In this document: piece after piece, positions 6,445 to 19,508 of the stretch
Position numbering within the stretch: position 1 is the stretch's first letter
Layout of the letters: every line of letters starts with the position of its first letter
Source: an uncultured delta proteobacterium
GTDB taxonomy: Bacteria > Desulfobacterota > Syntrophobacteria > Syntrophobacterales > Syntrophobacteraceae
DNA length: 25,311 bases
Assembly: GCA_963808625.1 (NCBI GenBank)
Contig: CAWEHK010000046.1
Location: 1-25,311 of the forward strand
Reading direction: 5' to 3'
Notes under the pieces: generated by a model
What the model was told of the DNA's origin: nothing
What the model saw: only the letters and a program-made list of their open reading frames with translations
The model's database searches: none
Position numbers and translations under genes: made by a program

Positions 6445-6899
6445 TCCTGCTCTCCGTCACGGCTGCACCCGAGAACTTTATCCTTCCCATGCGCTCGAAC
6501 CATCGTGACCAAGTCGGCAAGGGTAACCGCGTTGAGTTTCTCGTACATGGCTTCCGTAGCTTCTTTCCAGAGCAAACGGGTAACGCACGCTGCGGCGCGC
6601 TCGCAGGCCTCGGGATGGTCGCTGCAGACGGTCAATTTGGGCCCGCCTTCCAGCAGAGCAACAATTTCCCCCACGGTGATTTCCTGGGCGCGCCTGGCCA
6701 ACATGTGCCCACCCTTGTTTCCTCTGACACTCGTCACGTAGCTTGCTTTTTTCAGCGGGATGATAATTTGCTCGAGGTACTTTGCAGGAATGCCCTGGCG
6801 TTTGGCGATGGTCCGAAGCCGTATGGGCCCCTCCTCCTGATGCTCGGCCATATCCAGCATCAGCCGGGTGCCGTATCGGCTTCTCGTTGATAGCTTCAT
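6441..6899 (-). CDS. Rrf2 family transcriptional regulator (IscR/CymR-like)
   Basis: MKLSTRSRYGTR, KYLEQI..L.K, SVRGNKGGH and ITVGEIV..LEG, plus three Cys (VCSDHPEACERAAAC). Confidence 0.92.
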   Translation of the reverse strand: MKLSTRSRYGTRLMLDMAEHQEEGPIRLRTIAKRQGIPAKYLEQIIIPLKKASYVTSVRGNKGGHMLARRAQEITVGEIVALLEGGPKLTVCSDHPEACERAAACVTRLLWKEATEAMYEKLNAVTLADLVTMVRAHGKDKVLGCSRDGEQE

Positions 6900-6957
6900 C
6901 TTCGCGACTCAATCGTTGCTGAACAAATGTAATGAAACATAAAATACATACCTTTTT

Positions 6958-6987
6958 TATATAGAAGATTTCGACAGTTTCAGTCAA
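6958..6987 (-). promoter_or_regulatory. Candidate sigma70 promoter for Rrf2-MOSC-nadA
   Basis: TTGACT (6987-6982), 18 nt, then TATATA, in an AT-rich patch upstream of the Rrf2 start. Confidence 0.3.
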
Positions 6988-7229
6988 TAGGGAAGTCCTC
7001 CGGGGCCTGTCTCGAGCGCTCTCGATCCAAGGGCTTCACCCCTTTGCCTTCGGTTGATGTCCCGAGACAATCTCAGGGGGGCCGATTGTCAAGCCTCCGC
7101 TTCATGAGGTATAAAACAACCCCGGCATAGAGTCATTGACCGAGTGAAGTTGGACATGGTTGGCGCCAGGGCCTGAGCGTCGCGCAGAGCCCCCGCATGT
7201 CCACTTGGAACCGCGAAGAGGAATTCGGC

Positions 7230-8625
7230 ATGGCAATACCAGGGCAACAAACAAAGATCAAAAGCACAATCCTGATTGTGGATGACGATCCTGGTGTGCG
7301 TTATCTACTCAAACAACTCCTGGCTTATGATGATTATCAAATAATTTCTGCCTCCGACGGAATCGAAGCGCTGGAAAAAGCGATCGAACTGCAACCGGAT
7401 GTCGTTCTGTCAGACGTGTTGATGCCCGGGATGAATGGTTTTGAACTTTGCCGTCAGCTGCGCACTGACCCGATTCTTGCTGAGGTCCCGATCATCCTCA
7501 TCACCGTACTCGACGATTATGATTCTTATCTGGAGGGGCTCAAAGCGGGAGCTGATGACTTCATTACCAAACCATTCGATCCCCTTAAGTTGCGCGCGCG
7601 GGTATCCTCAGTCGCGCGCCTCAATCGATACCGGCGCCTGCTGGAGGAGCGTGCTAAATTCGAGCGACTGATCGAGCTCTCCCCGGATGGGGTCCTTCTG
7701 ATTGGCGGCGACGGCACGATTCAAATGGCCAATCCGACCATCGTCCGAATGCTCCAGATGGATGAAGGAGACCGACCTGATCGGGAAAAGAGTGAGCTGG
7801 TTTGTCCATGGCCCTCATTTGAGAGACTTCATCAAGTTCTTCGATCAGGTGGCTGCCAATCCCGACAGAATTTATCGAACGGAAACAAGCTTCATGCGGA
7901 TGGATGATGACGCGTTTCCGGTCGAGATATCTGTCGGGCACTGTGCGTTACAGGGCCAATCTGCGGTGCAACTCATCGTGCGGGATATCACCGAGCGCAA
8001 AGCGGCGGAAGAGCAAATCCGCCGCGCCCATGAAGATCTGACTTTAGCCTGCGACACGTCGCTGGCAGGCTGGTCGCGGGCGCTGGAATTGCGCGACCGA
8101 AATACCGACGGGCATTCTCAGCGGGTTGCGGAGATGACCTTAAAGCTCGCACGTGTGATGGATATTCCCGAAGAAGAGCTCGTCCATATTCGCCGGGGGG
8201 CCCTGTTGCACGATATCGGCAAGATGGGCATCCCTGACAGCATTCTATGCAAGCCCGGTCCATTGACCGAGGAGGAATGGGCCATTATGCGCAAACATCC
8301 CCTGTACGCGCACGAGATCCTCTCCCCCATTGCCTACCTTCGTCCGGCTTTGGATATTCCCTACTACCACCACGAACATTGGGATGGAAGCGGGTACCCG
8401 CACGGATTGCAGGGGGAGGAAATCCCTTTGGCGGCCCGGATCTTTGCGGTCGTGGATGTCTGGGACGCCCTTTGTTCGCATCGCCCTTATAGCCATGGGT
8501 GGTCAACCGAGGCGGTGCGTGAACATATTCAATCCCTTGCGGGAACGCAGCTTGATCCGAAAGTGGTGGAGGTTTTTCTGGATTTGGAAGCCGTCAGCGG
8601 GGATTGTGCAGAATTACTAGAGTGA
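7230..8625 (+). CDS. Response regulator with REC-PAS-HD-GYP domains (putative c-di-GMP phosphodiesterase), split by one frameshift
   Basis: REC (ILIVDDD, DVLMPGMNGFE, GADDFITKPF), PAS (PDGVLLI...IVRDITERK), HD-GYP (GHSQRV, LLHDIGKMGIP, HHEHWDGSGYPHGL, IFAVVDVWDAL). The two track ORFs join near 7765. Confidence 0.88.
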
Positions 8626-8639
8626 TCTTCCTGGGGGCA

Positions 8640-10038
8640 TTATTTTCCAATGCAAAACTGCGAAAAGATCCGATCCAGCACCTCGTCATCTTTAACCCAA
8701 CCGAGAATTGCCTCGAGCTGATGGCGGGCGATGCCGAGCTCGATGCTTGCCAATTCCCCGTAATTGCCTTCCCTGACTAAATCCCGGGCCCGGCAGAGCG
8801 CCCCTGACGCCTCCTCCAGGCAGCCCTTGTGGCGAAGGTTCGGGATGATCGCGGAGTGGCCCATTTCCAGGGGATTCCGCAGGAAGGTCTCGGTCAGAAA
8901 ATCCCGAAGCTTCTCGATGTCAAGGGCATTCAGTACGGAGAGAGTGAGAAGCGGAGCGCTTTCACCATAGCGCTCCTGCACCTGGCGGATGGAAACCCTG
9001 GTTGGCAGGTCCATTTTGTTTAAGAGCATCACATAGCGCTGGGAAGCGATCTTGCTGAATACCGTATCGTCCTCTTCCGTAAGAGGTTGGCTGCCGTCCA
9101 TGAGCCATAGCACCACGTCGGCTTCGTTCATTGACTGAAAAGTCAGCTCAATTCCCAGGGATTCGATGGCATCGGGCCTTCGACGAATACCCGCCGTATC
9201 CAGGACCCTCACCAGGACTCCCGAAAGCAGGAAGCTGTCTTCGATGACATCCCGGGTGGTGCCGGGAAACGGGGTGACGATCGCGCGGTTTTTTCTGAGG
9301 AGGGCATTGAGGAGCGATGACTTGCCGACATTAGGCCGCCCTACCAGGACAATGGTGAACCCTTCCCGCAGGATGCGCCCTTCTTGGTAGTGATCCAGGA
9401 CCCCTGTCAGCGGGTGCAGCAAGTCTTCCTCGATTTTCTGCTCGATGGCCGGGAGGGACCGCGGGCTCGTCTTCCAGGTCTTCACCGAAATCAATAGCGG
9501 CTTCCAGTTCCGCTTGCAGGCCAAGGATGCATTCGCGCCACGCCTGAATTTGTTGGCTCAATCCTCCCTGCAGCAGGCGATTGGCGATGAGGAGGCTCTG
9601 TTCCGAGCGGGAGTGAACGAGTTCGATAACCGCTTCCGCCTGGGAGAGGTCAAGACGTCCATTCAAGAACGCCCGGCGGGTAAACTCTCCCGGTTCCGCC
9701 AAACGGGCGCCCGCCAGCAGCACCAACTCGAGAATCCGGTTCAATACCGCGTACCCGCTGTGGCAGTTCACCTCGACCACATCCTCGCGGGTGTAGGTGT
9801 GAGGCGCTGCCATATAACTCAGGAGCACTTCATCGACGGTCTGATTCGAGGCAGGATCACGAATCCACCCGTAATGGAGCCGGTGGGATTCGAGAGGGAA
9901 GGTGGCGAGGCTTGGCTGGAAGAGGTTCCGTGCAATTGCCGACGCCCCTGGTCCGCTGATCTTGATAAGGCCGATGCCGCCCTCACCAACGGGGGTTGCA
10001 ATTGCACAGATTGTGTCTTCCGGTGATTTAATGTCCAT
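8640..10038 (-). CDS. mnmE: tRNA modification GTPase MnmE (one frameshift near 9460)
   Basis: DTICAIATPVGEGGIG, PGEFTRRAFLNGRLDL; GRPNVGKSS, GTTRD, DTAG, NKMD; C-terminal IFSQFCIGK. Confidence 0.95.
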
Positions 10039-10066
10039 CGTGCGAGCAGAGCTGACCGATCAGCAA

Positions 10067-10738
10067 TCATTCCTCCCCGGCCGCAGCTTTGAGCGGTTTT
10101 TTCCCCCTTCTGACAGGATAGATGACCACCCGGCGGAGATTTCCTTCCCCTTTGCTCTTGGTTCGGACCTCAAGATCTTCTTTCAAAGCGAGATGAATGA
10201 GGCGGCGATCTTGAGCATTCATGGGGCCGGTCGTTAAGGAGCGGTGCGTTTTCTTGACTTTTTCGCTGAGCTGTTGGGCAAGTTCGGTGAGGCTGGTTTC
10301 TCGCTTGGAGCGATAATTTTCGGTATCGACAATCACCGATACGTTTTCGCCCACTTCCCGGTGAAGAATCTTGGTGACAAGGTGTTGGAGTGCACCCAAA
10401 GTCTTGCCCCGTTTTCCGATGAGCAGACCGGTGCCGTTGCTGATAATATTCAGAAAGACTTGATCTTCTCTCAGCTCTGCCTCGATGACCGTCGGCAAAT
10501 CGATATGCCTCAGGATTTCCGTCAGGATCTCTTTGCCCCGTTCCGCTACGCCTTCGAGGGACAAGGCCTTGGGGGTAACGCGAATCTTCGCTTTCTTTGC
10601 ACCGACAATCCCGAATATGCCGGAAGATCCTTTGGAAACAATCTCAATTTCAAGCTTTTCTCGAGGCAGTTTGAGTTCTTGGCATGCCACAACAATGGCA
10701 TCCTCGACTGTTTTTTCTTCAAATTCAAAAACTGACAT
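10067..10738 (-). CDS. jag: Jag/EloR (KhpB) RNA-binding protein
   Basis: KTVEDAI..A N-domain, KH motif GLLIGKRGKTL, R3H motif DRRLIH. ATG 10738 has a GGAGGAG RBS. Confidence 0.92.
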   Translation of the reverse strand: MSVFEFEEKTVEDAIVVACQELKLPREKLEIEIVSKGSSGIFGIVGAKKAKIRVTPKALSLEGVAERGKEILTEILRHIDLPTVIEAELREDQVFLNIISNGTGLLIGKRGKTLGALQHLVTKILHREVGENVSVIVDTENYRSKRETSLTELAQQLSEKVKKTHRSLTTGPMNAQDRRLIHLALKEDLEVRTKSKGEGNLRRVVIYPVRRGKKPLKAAAGEE

Positions 10739-10802
10739 GCTCTCCTCCGTAAGTTCTCCGAACCGAGCGAGTTGTCGCAAACATGAAGCGGGGAGATCGT
10801 GA

Positions 10803-12476
10803 CTACGTAGTGCGATTGATCCAGTACTGCTGCACGATGGACAAAATGTTGTTCACCAGCCAATATAACACAAGACCTGAAGGAAAGTTGATAAAGAAAA
10901 CGGTGAAAATGACAGGCATAAGCAACATCATCTGCTCTTGCCGGGGATCTCCGCTCGATGGTGTCATCTTCTGCTGGAGGAACATGGAGATCCCCATCAG
11001 CAGCGTCAACACCGGTATGCCCCCGAGATAGGGAATGGGAAACCCGATGTGAAGGCGGTCGGGAGCCGTGAGATCATTGATCCACCATAGAAACGGCTCA
11101 TGGCGGAGCTCGACGGCGGTATTGAGCATGCGGTACAGGGCGATAAAGACCGGAATCTGCAGCACCATGGGGAGACATCCCCCCATGGGATTTACTTTGT
11201 AGGTCTTGTAAAGACCCATGAGCTCCTGGTTGAGTTTTTCTCGGTCGTCTTTGTACTTCTCTCGAACCTGAGCGATCTTTGGTTGAATCTTCTTCATGGC
11301 CTGCATGGATTTGAAGCTTTTTTGGGTCAGCGGCCAGAAAACAATTTTGATCAGAATCGTCAGCAGAATGATCGCCACGCCGTAATTGTGGGTATATTTG
11401 TAGAGCCATTTCAGCACGTAAAGGGCGGGTTTGGCCAGGAACGAGAACCAGCCGTAGTCGACCGCATCGACGAGATTGTCTGCGGCCTCTTTCAGATAAT
11501 CCAGTTCCTTGGGCCCGACATAAACGCGCATTTTGAAGGTCTTCTCCTGGCCTCCTTCAATCTGAAAAGGTTCGGTCAGATAGACGACCTGTAACAAACC
11601 CTTGGCGGCATCCAAAACCCGCGGTATCACATCGTATCCTCGCTCCTCCATGGGGACGAGTGCCTGGAGGAAGAAGTTGTCGCCATAAGCAACCCAATCC
11701 AGTGGGGACTTCAAAACGGTTTCCTTTTTTGAAAGCTCGTCCAGAGCGAAGCTCTTGACCGATCCCTTTTCCGAGGCAGTCAGTTGCGATACGTTATACG
11801 AACTTTCGTCCTTCGCATCGGACAGGGGTTGAAAAAAGAAGCTGACTCCCATCTGATCCGTCAACGGTTCCTGTGCAAGATTCTTGAGTTGAACTTCAAG
11901 GTCCACAGCATAGCTGTCAGGTCTAAAGGTAAAAACCTTCGTCAGTTTCACCTGGTCGGGAATCTCATGAACCAGGGCGACGGTCTTGGGTGAGTCGCCC
12001 GGGGATAACAGGATCTCTGCCGGGGCCGTGGTGGCAAAGGGCGTTGTCGAAAGTTGCCATGCCTTGTGATGCAGCAGGTCCACGGACAGCGGCAGGTATC
12101 CGCTCCCTTGAGAGGAGATCATCTCCACGGGGGGGGAGTCGGGGGACACGTTCTGACGGAACTCTTTCAGGAGAAAGGAGTTCATCCGCGCTCCGGGGGC
12201 CAGAATTTGCGCTCGGTAAAGAGGCGCATCCAGGGTCCACTTATCAAAATGCTGATCAAGGCGCAGAGAACGCTCTTGAGGAATGGCGCCGGGAGCGACC
12301 GGTGTCGGGAGGTCGGGGGCTGGCGCCTTGGGCTGGGTTTCAGCGGGACCGGGAGCCACCGTGCCGGACTGCTGCTGGCGTTGCGTTTCCGGAGTCCGTA
12401 CCAGCCCGAAGAAATACTCCCAAAATAAAAGAACAAGCAGAGATAGGGCGAAGGCGATTAGCGCTCTTTTTTCCAT
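10803..12476 (-). CDS. yidC: Membrane protein insertase YidC
   Basis: VDYGWF, NYGVAIILLT, KSMQAMKKIQP, VNPMGGCLP, FLWWINDLTAPD, PSGLVLYWLVNN. Confidence 0.97.
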   Translation of the reverse strand: MEKRALIAFALSLLVLLFWEYFFGLVRTPETQRQQQSGTVAPGPAETQPKAPAPDLPTPVAPGAIPQERSLRLDQHFDKWTLDAPLYRAQILAPGARMNSFLLKEFRQNVSPDSPPVEMISSQGSGYLPLSVDLLHHKAWQLSTTPFATTAPAEILLSPGDSPKTVALVHEIPDQVKLTKVFTFRPDSYAVDLEVQLKNLAQEPLTDQMGVSFFFQPLSDAKDESSYNVSQLTASEKGSVKSFALDELSKKETVLKSPLDWVAYGDNFFLQALVPMEERGYDVIPRVLDAAKGLLQVVYLTEPFQIEGGQEKTFKMRVYVGPKELDYLKEAADNLVDAVDYGWFSFLAKPALYVLKWLYKYTHNYGVAIILLTILIKIVFWPLTQKSFKSMQAMKKIQPKIAQVREKYKDDREKLNQELMGLYKTYKVNPMGGCLPMVLQIPVFIALYRMLNTAVELRHEPFLWWINDLTAPDRLHIGFPIPYLGGIPVLTLLMGISMFLQQKMTPSSGDPRQEQMMLLMPVIFTVFFINFPSGLVLYWLVNNILSIVQQYWINRTT

Positions 12477-12491
12477 TTAAACACACTCCAT

Positions 12492-12731
12492 CTATTCACA
12501 AGGGACGGCGGAGGGGGGCTTAGCTACTGGATCGTAACCACCCGGATGAAAAGGATGACACCGGGCCAGGCGTTTCAGGCCCAGAACGGAGCCCTTCAAA
12601 GGTCCATAGAGCTGGATTGCCTCATAGGCGTATTGGGAACATGTGGGAAAAAACCGGCAAGAGGTAACCTTAAGGGGAGAGAGCAAAACCTGATAAGCCC
12701 GGATAAGAAAGAGGAACAATAATCGGATCAT
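12492..12731 (-). CDS. yidD: Membrane protein insertion efficiency factor YidD
   Basis: [11 protein letters not shown]...[16 protein letters not shown]. Confidence 0.95.
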   Translation of the reverse strand: MIRLLFLFLIRAYQVLLSPLKVTSCRFFPTCSQYAYEAIQLYGPLKGSVLGLKRLARCHPFHPGGYDPVAKPPSAVPCE

Positions 12732-13087
12732 GCAGACCGACCATCCCGCTTCGCCAAAACCGCGAGAAGCTCTCTCTCCATGTCGCTTGTCGAAAGTCTT
12801 TCTGCCCCCGGTCGGGCGATAATAACAATGTCCTTACCTGGAAGGGGCATCAACCGTTTGTGAAGGCGAAACCATTCTCGCAGCCGCCGCTTGATAAGGT
12901 TTCTGGTCACTGCGTTCCAGAAACGCTTCTGCACGACAAGCCCCAGGCGATGGTAAGGGAGTTCATTGTCAGCAAAATTGACCCCGAAATGGGGAGTTCT
13001 AAAGCGTCCACCGGTTTTCTTCACCCGCAGGAAGTGGGCGGACGACCGCATTCTTTCATGCGGCCGGAAGCGGTTCAATCCCCTCAA
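12728..13087 (-). CDS. rnpA: Ribonuclease P protein component
   Basis: [28 protein letters not shown] (RNR-like motif) and DIVIIAR; lies between rpmH and yidD. Confidence 0.92.
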   Translation of the reverse strand: MRGLNRFRPHERMRSSAHFLRVKKTGGRFRTPHFGVNFADNELPYHRLGLVVQKRFWNAVTRNLIKRRLREWFRLHKRLMPLPGKDIVIIARPGAERLSTSDMERELLAVLAKRDGRSA

Positions 13088-13140
13088 GCGGTTCCCTCAC
13101 TCAAGGGAGCTGCTCTGCGGCATCGGAACAGAGGGCTCGT

Positions 13141-13275
13141 TCATACGCTCAGGCGCTTGCGACCTCTCGCTCGCCGCCGCTTCAGGACCGCCCTTCCCGA
13201 CTTGGTGGACATCCGTTCCAAGAACCCGTGAGTTCGCTTCCTTTTCACGTTGCTGGGCTGAAATGTCATTTTCAT
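13141..13275 (-). CDS. rpmH: 50S ribosomal protein L34
   Basis: Manual translation [44 protein letters not shown] (44 aa, below the ORF-track cutoff). Confidence 0.97.
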   Translation of the reverse strand: MKMTFQPSNVKRKRTHGFLERMSTKSGRAVLKRRRARGRKRLSV

Positions 13276-13401
13276 AAGAGTTTACTCGACGACTCCCGTC
13301 TGCTAAAGAATGCGGTATAAGAGACCCGAGCAAAATCAGGCCTCCAAGACAATCCCATCTAAGTTCGCCGGAGTTGAAGCGAATCAGCAAAGGAAAGGGT
13401 A

Positions 13402-13431
13402 TTCATACTCAATTTTCTCTTTTATTGTCAA
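13402..13431 (-). promoter_or_regulatory. Candidate sigma70 promoter for the rpmH operon
   Basis: Perfect -35 TTGACA (13431-13426), 18 nt, then TATGAA. Confidence 0.4.
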
Positions 13432-13596
13432 GGTCCAAAGCAGGAGAACGCAAAGATAGTTGCGAAAGCTCCGCTGCTGGGCACGGGGATAAAGCAAGGA
13501 ACTTCTTGAGGTTCTATAATTCATGATTGAAGAGACGGGAATCGCATGCTATGAATTGGCCTCTTTATGAAACCTCTGCTGAAAGGAGAAGAGTGA

Positions 13597-15538
<1,942 letters not shown>

Positions 15539-15589
15539 CCGTTGGCATCGAATCTTCGAAGTGAGCAAGGAAATTGGCCTACACAAGAA

Positions 15590-16081
15590 ATGCGATACCT
15601 TGGCGGTATCTTCAAAGGTAACCCTATATACACTTTTTCTCCTGTTGCTGCAATCGTTCTGGGTTTCCAATTTTTCGCGCCCTGAACTGCGGATTGACTT
15701 TTGCTGCCCTTGATGTTCGGCGTCGCGGTTGAGTGGTCTCCATTTCTGAGCATTATCTGGGCTTCAGCGTGGGGTTTTATTGCGGATACGCTTTCGGGGA
15801 AGTTTTGGGGATTTCATGTAGGGGCCTATGTTGTGGCTATCTGCCTGGTAAACATTACTGCCGAGCGTTTTGAGCTCCATAACCCGCTCTATCAGATGCT
15901 CTTTGTGGGGGCGTGTGCGTTTGGACAATCGGTGGCCCTTGGTTTGTTTCTGATTGTTCGAAGCGCCGGAGCAGATGGCGATGGCATCCAGCTATGCAGC
16001 ATTAGTGGTGCGGTCGCTCATGATGATGTTGGCGCCGATCATCACCTACCCGGTCTGGAACATCAGGGGAACAATTTGTAA
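15590..16081 (+). CDS. mreD: Putative rod shape-determining protein MreD (frameshifted; ends approximate)
   Basis: Hydrophobic ~160-aa membrane protein with GFIADTLSG..G motif, between mreC and mrdA. Confidence 0.65.
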
Positions 16082-16164
16082 TCGGATTTCAGGGAATGGC
16101 TCAAGGCAGATACCCATTTGCCTCCAGCCTGCAACCATTGATTCTTTGCCGATCCGAATTGCCA

Positions 16165-18041
16165 ATGCTCAAAGAAGATAAGAACCCGACAACCTGAAGG
16201 TGCTGAAGTGGCAGCTTACCGATATTGCGGTTTTCCAGAAACAGTATTTTTTCCTGTTGGGACTCATGCTCTTGGTGCTTGTGGTGTATGTGTTTCGCAT
16301 GTGGCACCTGCAGGTCTCGAGGGATCAAAGTATCGTTACCAATCGGAAAATAACCGCATCCGTCTGGAGGAGATTCCCGCGGCAAGGGGCATCATTTTTG
16401 ACCGGAACGGGAATCCTCTGGTTGAGAACCGGCCCGCGTATCATCTTCAACTCCTTCGCGAGGATGTTCGGGATTTAGATCAAACGATTAAGGAAGTGGC
16501 ACGCTTGTGTGACCGGAGTCCGGAGGAGCTCTTCGGCGTTCTCGAAGCCAGCAAGCATGTTCCCAAGTTTGTCCCGCTGCGCTTGGTGAGCGATATCGAT
16601 CGCGACTGTTTGGCGCGATGGAAGCACAGAGGATCCGTCTGCCGGGAGTGTTCATTCAGCTTGAACCGAAGCGAGAATACCGGTGGCAGGGAACCGCGCC
16701 CCATCTGATCGGCTATTTAAGTGAAATTACCGAAACCGAGCTGAAAAGCGGGCAGTATCAGGGATATTTTCCCGGGGAAGATATTGGAAGAATTGGCGTG
16801 GAAAGTGCTTTTGAAAAATACCTTCATGGTAAAAGAGGCGGACGGCAAGTGGAAGTGGATGCCATTGGGCGGCGCATACGCCTCCTCGATGAAGTGCTTC
16901 CCATCGCTGGTAAGAACGTCTGGCTGACCATCGACATCCAGTTGCAGAAAGTGGCGGAATCCTGCCTGGAAGGCCGGGTGGGGGCAATTGTTGCCATGGA
17001 CCCCAATAACGGGGCCGATTCTCGCGATGGCAAGCAGTCCGGTCTTTGATCAGGAAAAGTTCATTCGCGGGATGAAGAAAGAAGAATGGCAGGCCCTGAG
17101 CCGTGATCGAAACCATCCGCTTCTCAACCGATGCATTGGCGGGGCCTATCCTCCCGGTTCCACTTATAAGGCCTTCGTGGCGCTGGCAGCATTGAAAGAA
17201 GGAGCGATCAATCCTGAGACCAGCCTTTTTTGCCCTGGATACCTTGAATTTGCCGACCGCAAGTTATCGATGTTGGCGGACCCACGGGCATGGCTCGATG
17301 GCATTGGCCGGCGCAATCATCCAATCCTGTGACGTTTACTTCTATCAGAGCTGGCCTGCGCCTCGGTGTCGACCGTCTTGCCCATTGGGTCAAAGCGTTT
17401 GGCTTGGGCGAAAGAACGGGAATCGGGCTGCCGGGGGAGAATGCCGGCCTGGTTCCCACTTCCGGCGTGGAAAAAGCAGGCACTGGGTGTCCCCTGGCAA
17501 AAAGGTGAGACCCTTTCCATCGCTATCGGCCAGGGCTTTGATTCGGCAACGCCCTTGCAGATGGTGTCTCGCTTATGCCGCCATCGCGAACAACGGGAAA
17601 CTCTGGCAGCCCTATGTCGTGCGCCGCATCGAAGGGCACGGTCCCGACGAAGTGGACGAAATGAGAGGCAAACTGAAAGAAAAGATTGCCATCGAGCAGC
17701 GTCACTTTGATGTGGTCAAGAAGGGACTGCTCGGAGTGGTTGAAAGCGATCAGGGGACGGCTCATGCCATCAGGGACAAAGCGATCCTGATTGCGGGCAA
17801 AACGGGTACCGCTCAGGTCGTGCAGATGGCGGAAGGACCGAATCGCCCATCGAGCAAGAACGTCAGGGAAAAAGATCGCGACCACGCCTGGTTCGTTGGG
17901 TATGCGCCGGCCAATAATCCCCAGATCGTGGTGGTGGCACTGATGGAACATGGCGGGCATGGCTCCTCGGTTGCTGCTCCCCTGGTGCAAAAGGTGATTG
18001 CAGCCTACCTCAGCAGTGTGCCCAACGCAGGCCGGTCATAG
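16165..18041 (+). CDS. mrdA: Penicillin-binding protein 2 (multiple frameshifts; start approximate)
   Basis: RGIIFDRNG, PHLIGY, GAIVAMDP, YPPGSTYK (SxxK), SCDVYFY, AGKTGTAQ, DHAWFVGYAP. Confidence 0.92.
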
Positions 18042-18160
18042 CGCATCCCATGAAGTATCCTTACTCGTCGCACGAGGATTGTCCTGATGATCAACCTCAT
18101 CATCCTCCATCAGCGATCCACCTCAACTGGTCATGGCGCTTGCACGAGGATTACCCTCAA

Positions 18161-19279
18161 ATGATGGATCGGCGATTGATTGAAAATTTCGATTGGTCAA
18201 TCATCTGGGTGCTGATCGGCATCATCGCGATTGGCCTGCTGAGCATCTACAGCGCCCTCTACAATCAAATACAGGCCCATCCCACTCATAACCTCTTTAT
18301 CAGGCAGTTGATCTGGCTCTGTGTCGGATTCGCCATCATGTTCTGCAGCTATGCTGGGAGATTATCAAGAGTTGAAGAGGGTGAGCCTGTGGCTCTATCT
18401 TCTGGCGCTCTTTTTGCTGCTCGCGGTCTTGCTCATTGGCAAGGATGTCAACGGTTCGAAACGTTGGCTGGAGCTGGGAGGATTTCAATTTCAGCCATCG
18501 GAATTCATGAAGATGGCCATTGTGATTTATCTTGCAAGTTATTTTTCTTCCCAGGAAACAGCCCCCTACCCCAGCCTGAAAAAGCTTGTGCTTCCTCGTG
18601 GTTATTGTCCTGGTACCGGTGCTCCTGATCCTGGCCCAGCCGGATCTCGGCACGGCGATTACGATCACTGGCGATTTCCGGCACCATCATTTTCTTTGTG
18701 GGAATCCGATGGCGATACATCGTTTCCGGCGTCTTGTTGATTGTGCCCTTGATTTATCCGATTTGGGAGCATGTCCTGAAACCTTACCAGAAGCGGCGAA
18801 TCCTCATCCTTTTGCGTCCGGACCTGGATCCTCTGGGGGCCGGCTACCATATTCGCCAGTCGAAGATCGCCATTGGCTCGGGCATGCTATGGGGTAAGGG
18901 ATTTCTCAACGGCACCCAGAATAAACTGCATTTCCTCCCGGAAAAGCACACCGATTTCATTTTCTCCGTGTGGGCGGAGGAGTGGGGTTTTGTGGGCTGT
19001 TTCGTGCTCTTAACGCTTTTTGCTCTGCTCGTGGTGCTGTGCCTCAGGGTGGCCCGCAGATCGAAAGACCGCTACGGTTCTCTGCTTGTGGTAGGCATGA
19101 CCGCCCTCGTCTTGTGGCAGGTGCTGATCAACATAGGAATGGTGATCGGCTTGCTGCCGGTGGTGGGGATTACCCTTCCCTTTGTGAGCTACGGTGGTTC
19201 TTCCTTGATCGCTCTCTGCCTTGCCATCGGTTTGATCGAAAATGTGAGCATGCGCCGCTATATTTTCCAGTTTCGATAG
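18161..19279 (+). CDS. rodA: Rod shape-determining protein RodA (SEDS glycosyltransferase; frameshifted)
   Basis: GSKRWL, QPSEFMK, QPDLGTA, QSKIAIGSG, FLPEKHTDFIFSV..EEWGF, LPFVSYGGSS. Confidence 0.93.
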
Positions 19280-19326
19280 CCCTGCCATGACCCTCTGGGG
19301 CAATTGTGATTTTTATTACTTTTTCC

Positions 19327-19355
19327 TTGCCAAGGTCGGGAACCTGTGCTAACAA
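19327..19355 (+). promoter_or_regulatory. Candidate promoter of the atp operon
   Basis: TTGCCA, 17 nt ending in TGC (extended -10 TGn), then TAACAA; preceded by an AT-rich UP-like tract. Confidence 0.35.
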
Positions 19356-19508
19356 GCACGCCCGATCAGAGCTGCCATGCCTTTCGCTGCGGCTTGGCAG
19401 GACACTCGCCCAAAGCGAGAATGCGGGCGCGGCCAGGGAGGGTGGGAGAGCGTCAAGGGGTGGCTTGTAGAAGAGATTGCTGAACGCAGGAACAGAGGAA
19501 GGGTAAAA

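Noticed and set aside
18050..18160. His/Pro-rich N-terminal extension of RodA (MKYPYSSHED..)
   Set aside because: ATG 18161 has its own GAGGA RBS and a typical MDRRLI..FDW start; the extension matches a duplicated spacer segment.
19377..19508. Extended atpF' N-terminus, atpI, or a riboswitch in the atp leader
   Set aside because: No hydrophobic AtpI-like ORF and no recognisable aptamer; ATG 19509 has a good RBS.
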